Below are positions 63,886-64,000 of a DNA stretch of 64,000 nucleotides, piece by piece. Position numbers and translations under genes: made by a program. The notes beneath the pieces were generated by a model, which saw only the letters and a list, made by a program, of their open reading frames with translations, was not told the origin of the DNA and made no database searches. The first letter of the stretch is position 1; every line of letters begins with the position of its first letter. Origin of the DNA: Antedon mediterranea (Eukaryota; Animalia; Echinodermata); the NCBI RefSeq assembly GCF_964355755.1, contig NC_092673.1, positions 31,927,648 through 31,991,647 on the forward strand. Direction: 5' to 3'.

Positions 63886-64000
63886 GCATGCAATTTGAAT
63901 TTTATTTATATCGTATATTTAACATTTTTAAACTTTGTAATAGTGGTTTGGAGGCTGTTAATATTATAATCATACAGCATTTATTTTCACATGCTATTAA

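Overview
AT-rich, intron-containing animal genomic DNA, probably an invertebrate (the taxon cannot be fixed from the sequence); it is not prokaryotic. The window is built around an imperfect inverted segmental duplication of RNA-processing genes. The left arm has an intact TRMT10C/MRPP1-like CDS (754-1914,+) and a decayed partial Drosha (about 4480-10460,-). The right arm has an open-frame but 5'-truncated Drosha (43394-48865,+), the last three exons of cereblon (CULT domain, -) and a frameshifted TRMT10C (54789-55923,-). Between the Drosha arms, one LINE is split by a ~29.2 kb TIR-bounded Academ-like fold-back element filled with nested insertions: an intact Rex-Babar LINE, a 30-bp minisatellite, a Russian-doll stack of six Helentron/HINE-like elements and a young BEL/Pao LTR retrotransposon. 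The right end holds nested fold-back elements and an internally deleted PHD-FLYWCH MULE. The most notable observation is that the Drosha RNase IIIa exon occurs three times: intact (NCFE), with E->Q at the catalytic glutamate (equivalent to the human E1045Q mutant), and with an 11-bp deletion removing that same residue. All coordinates and alignments were read by eye; protein and TE family assignments come from recalled motifs, not database searches.
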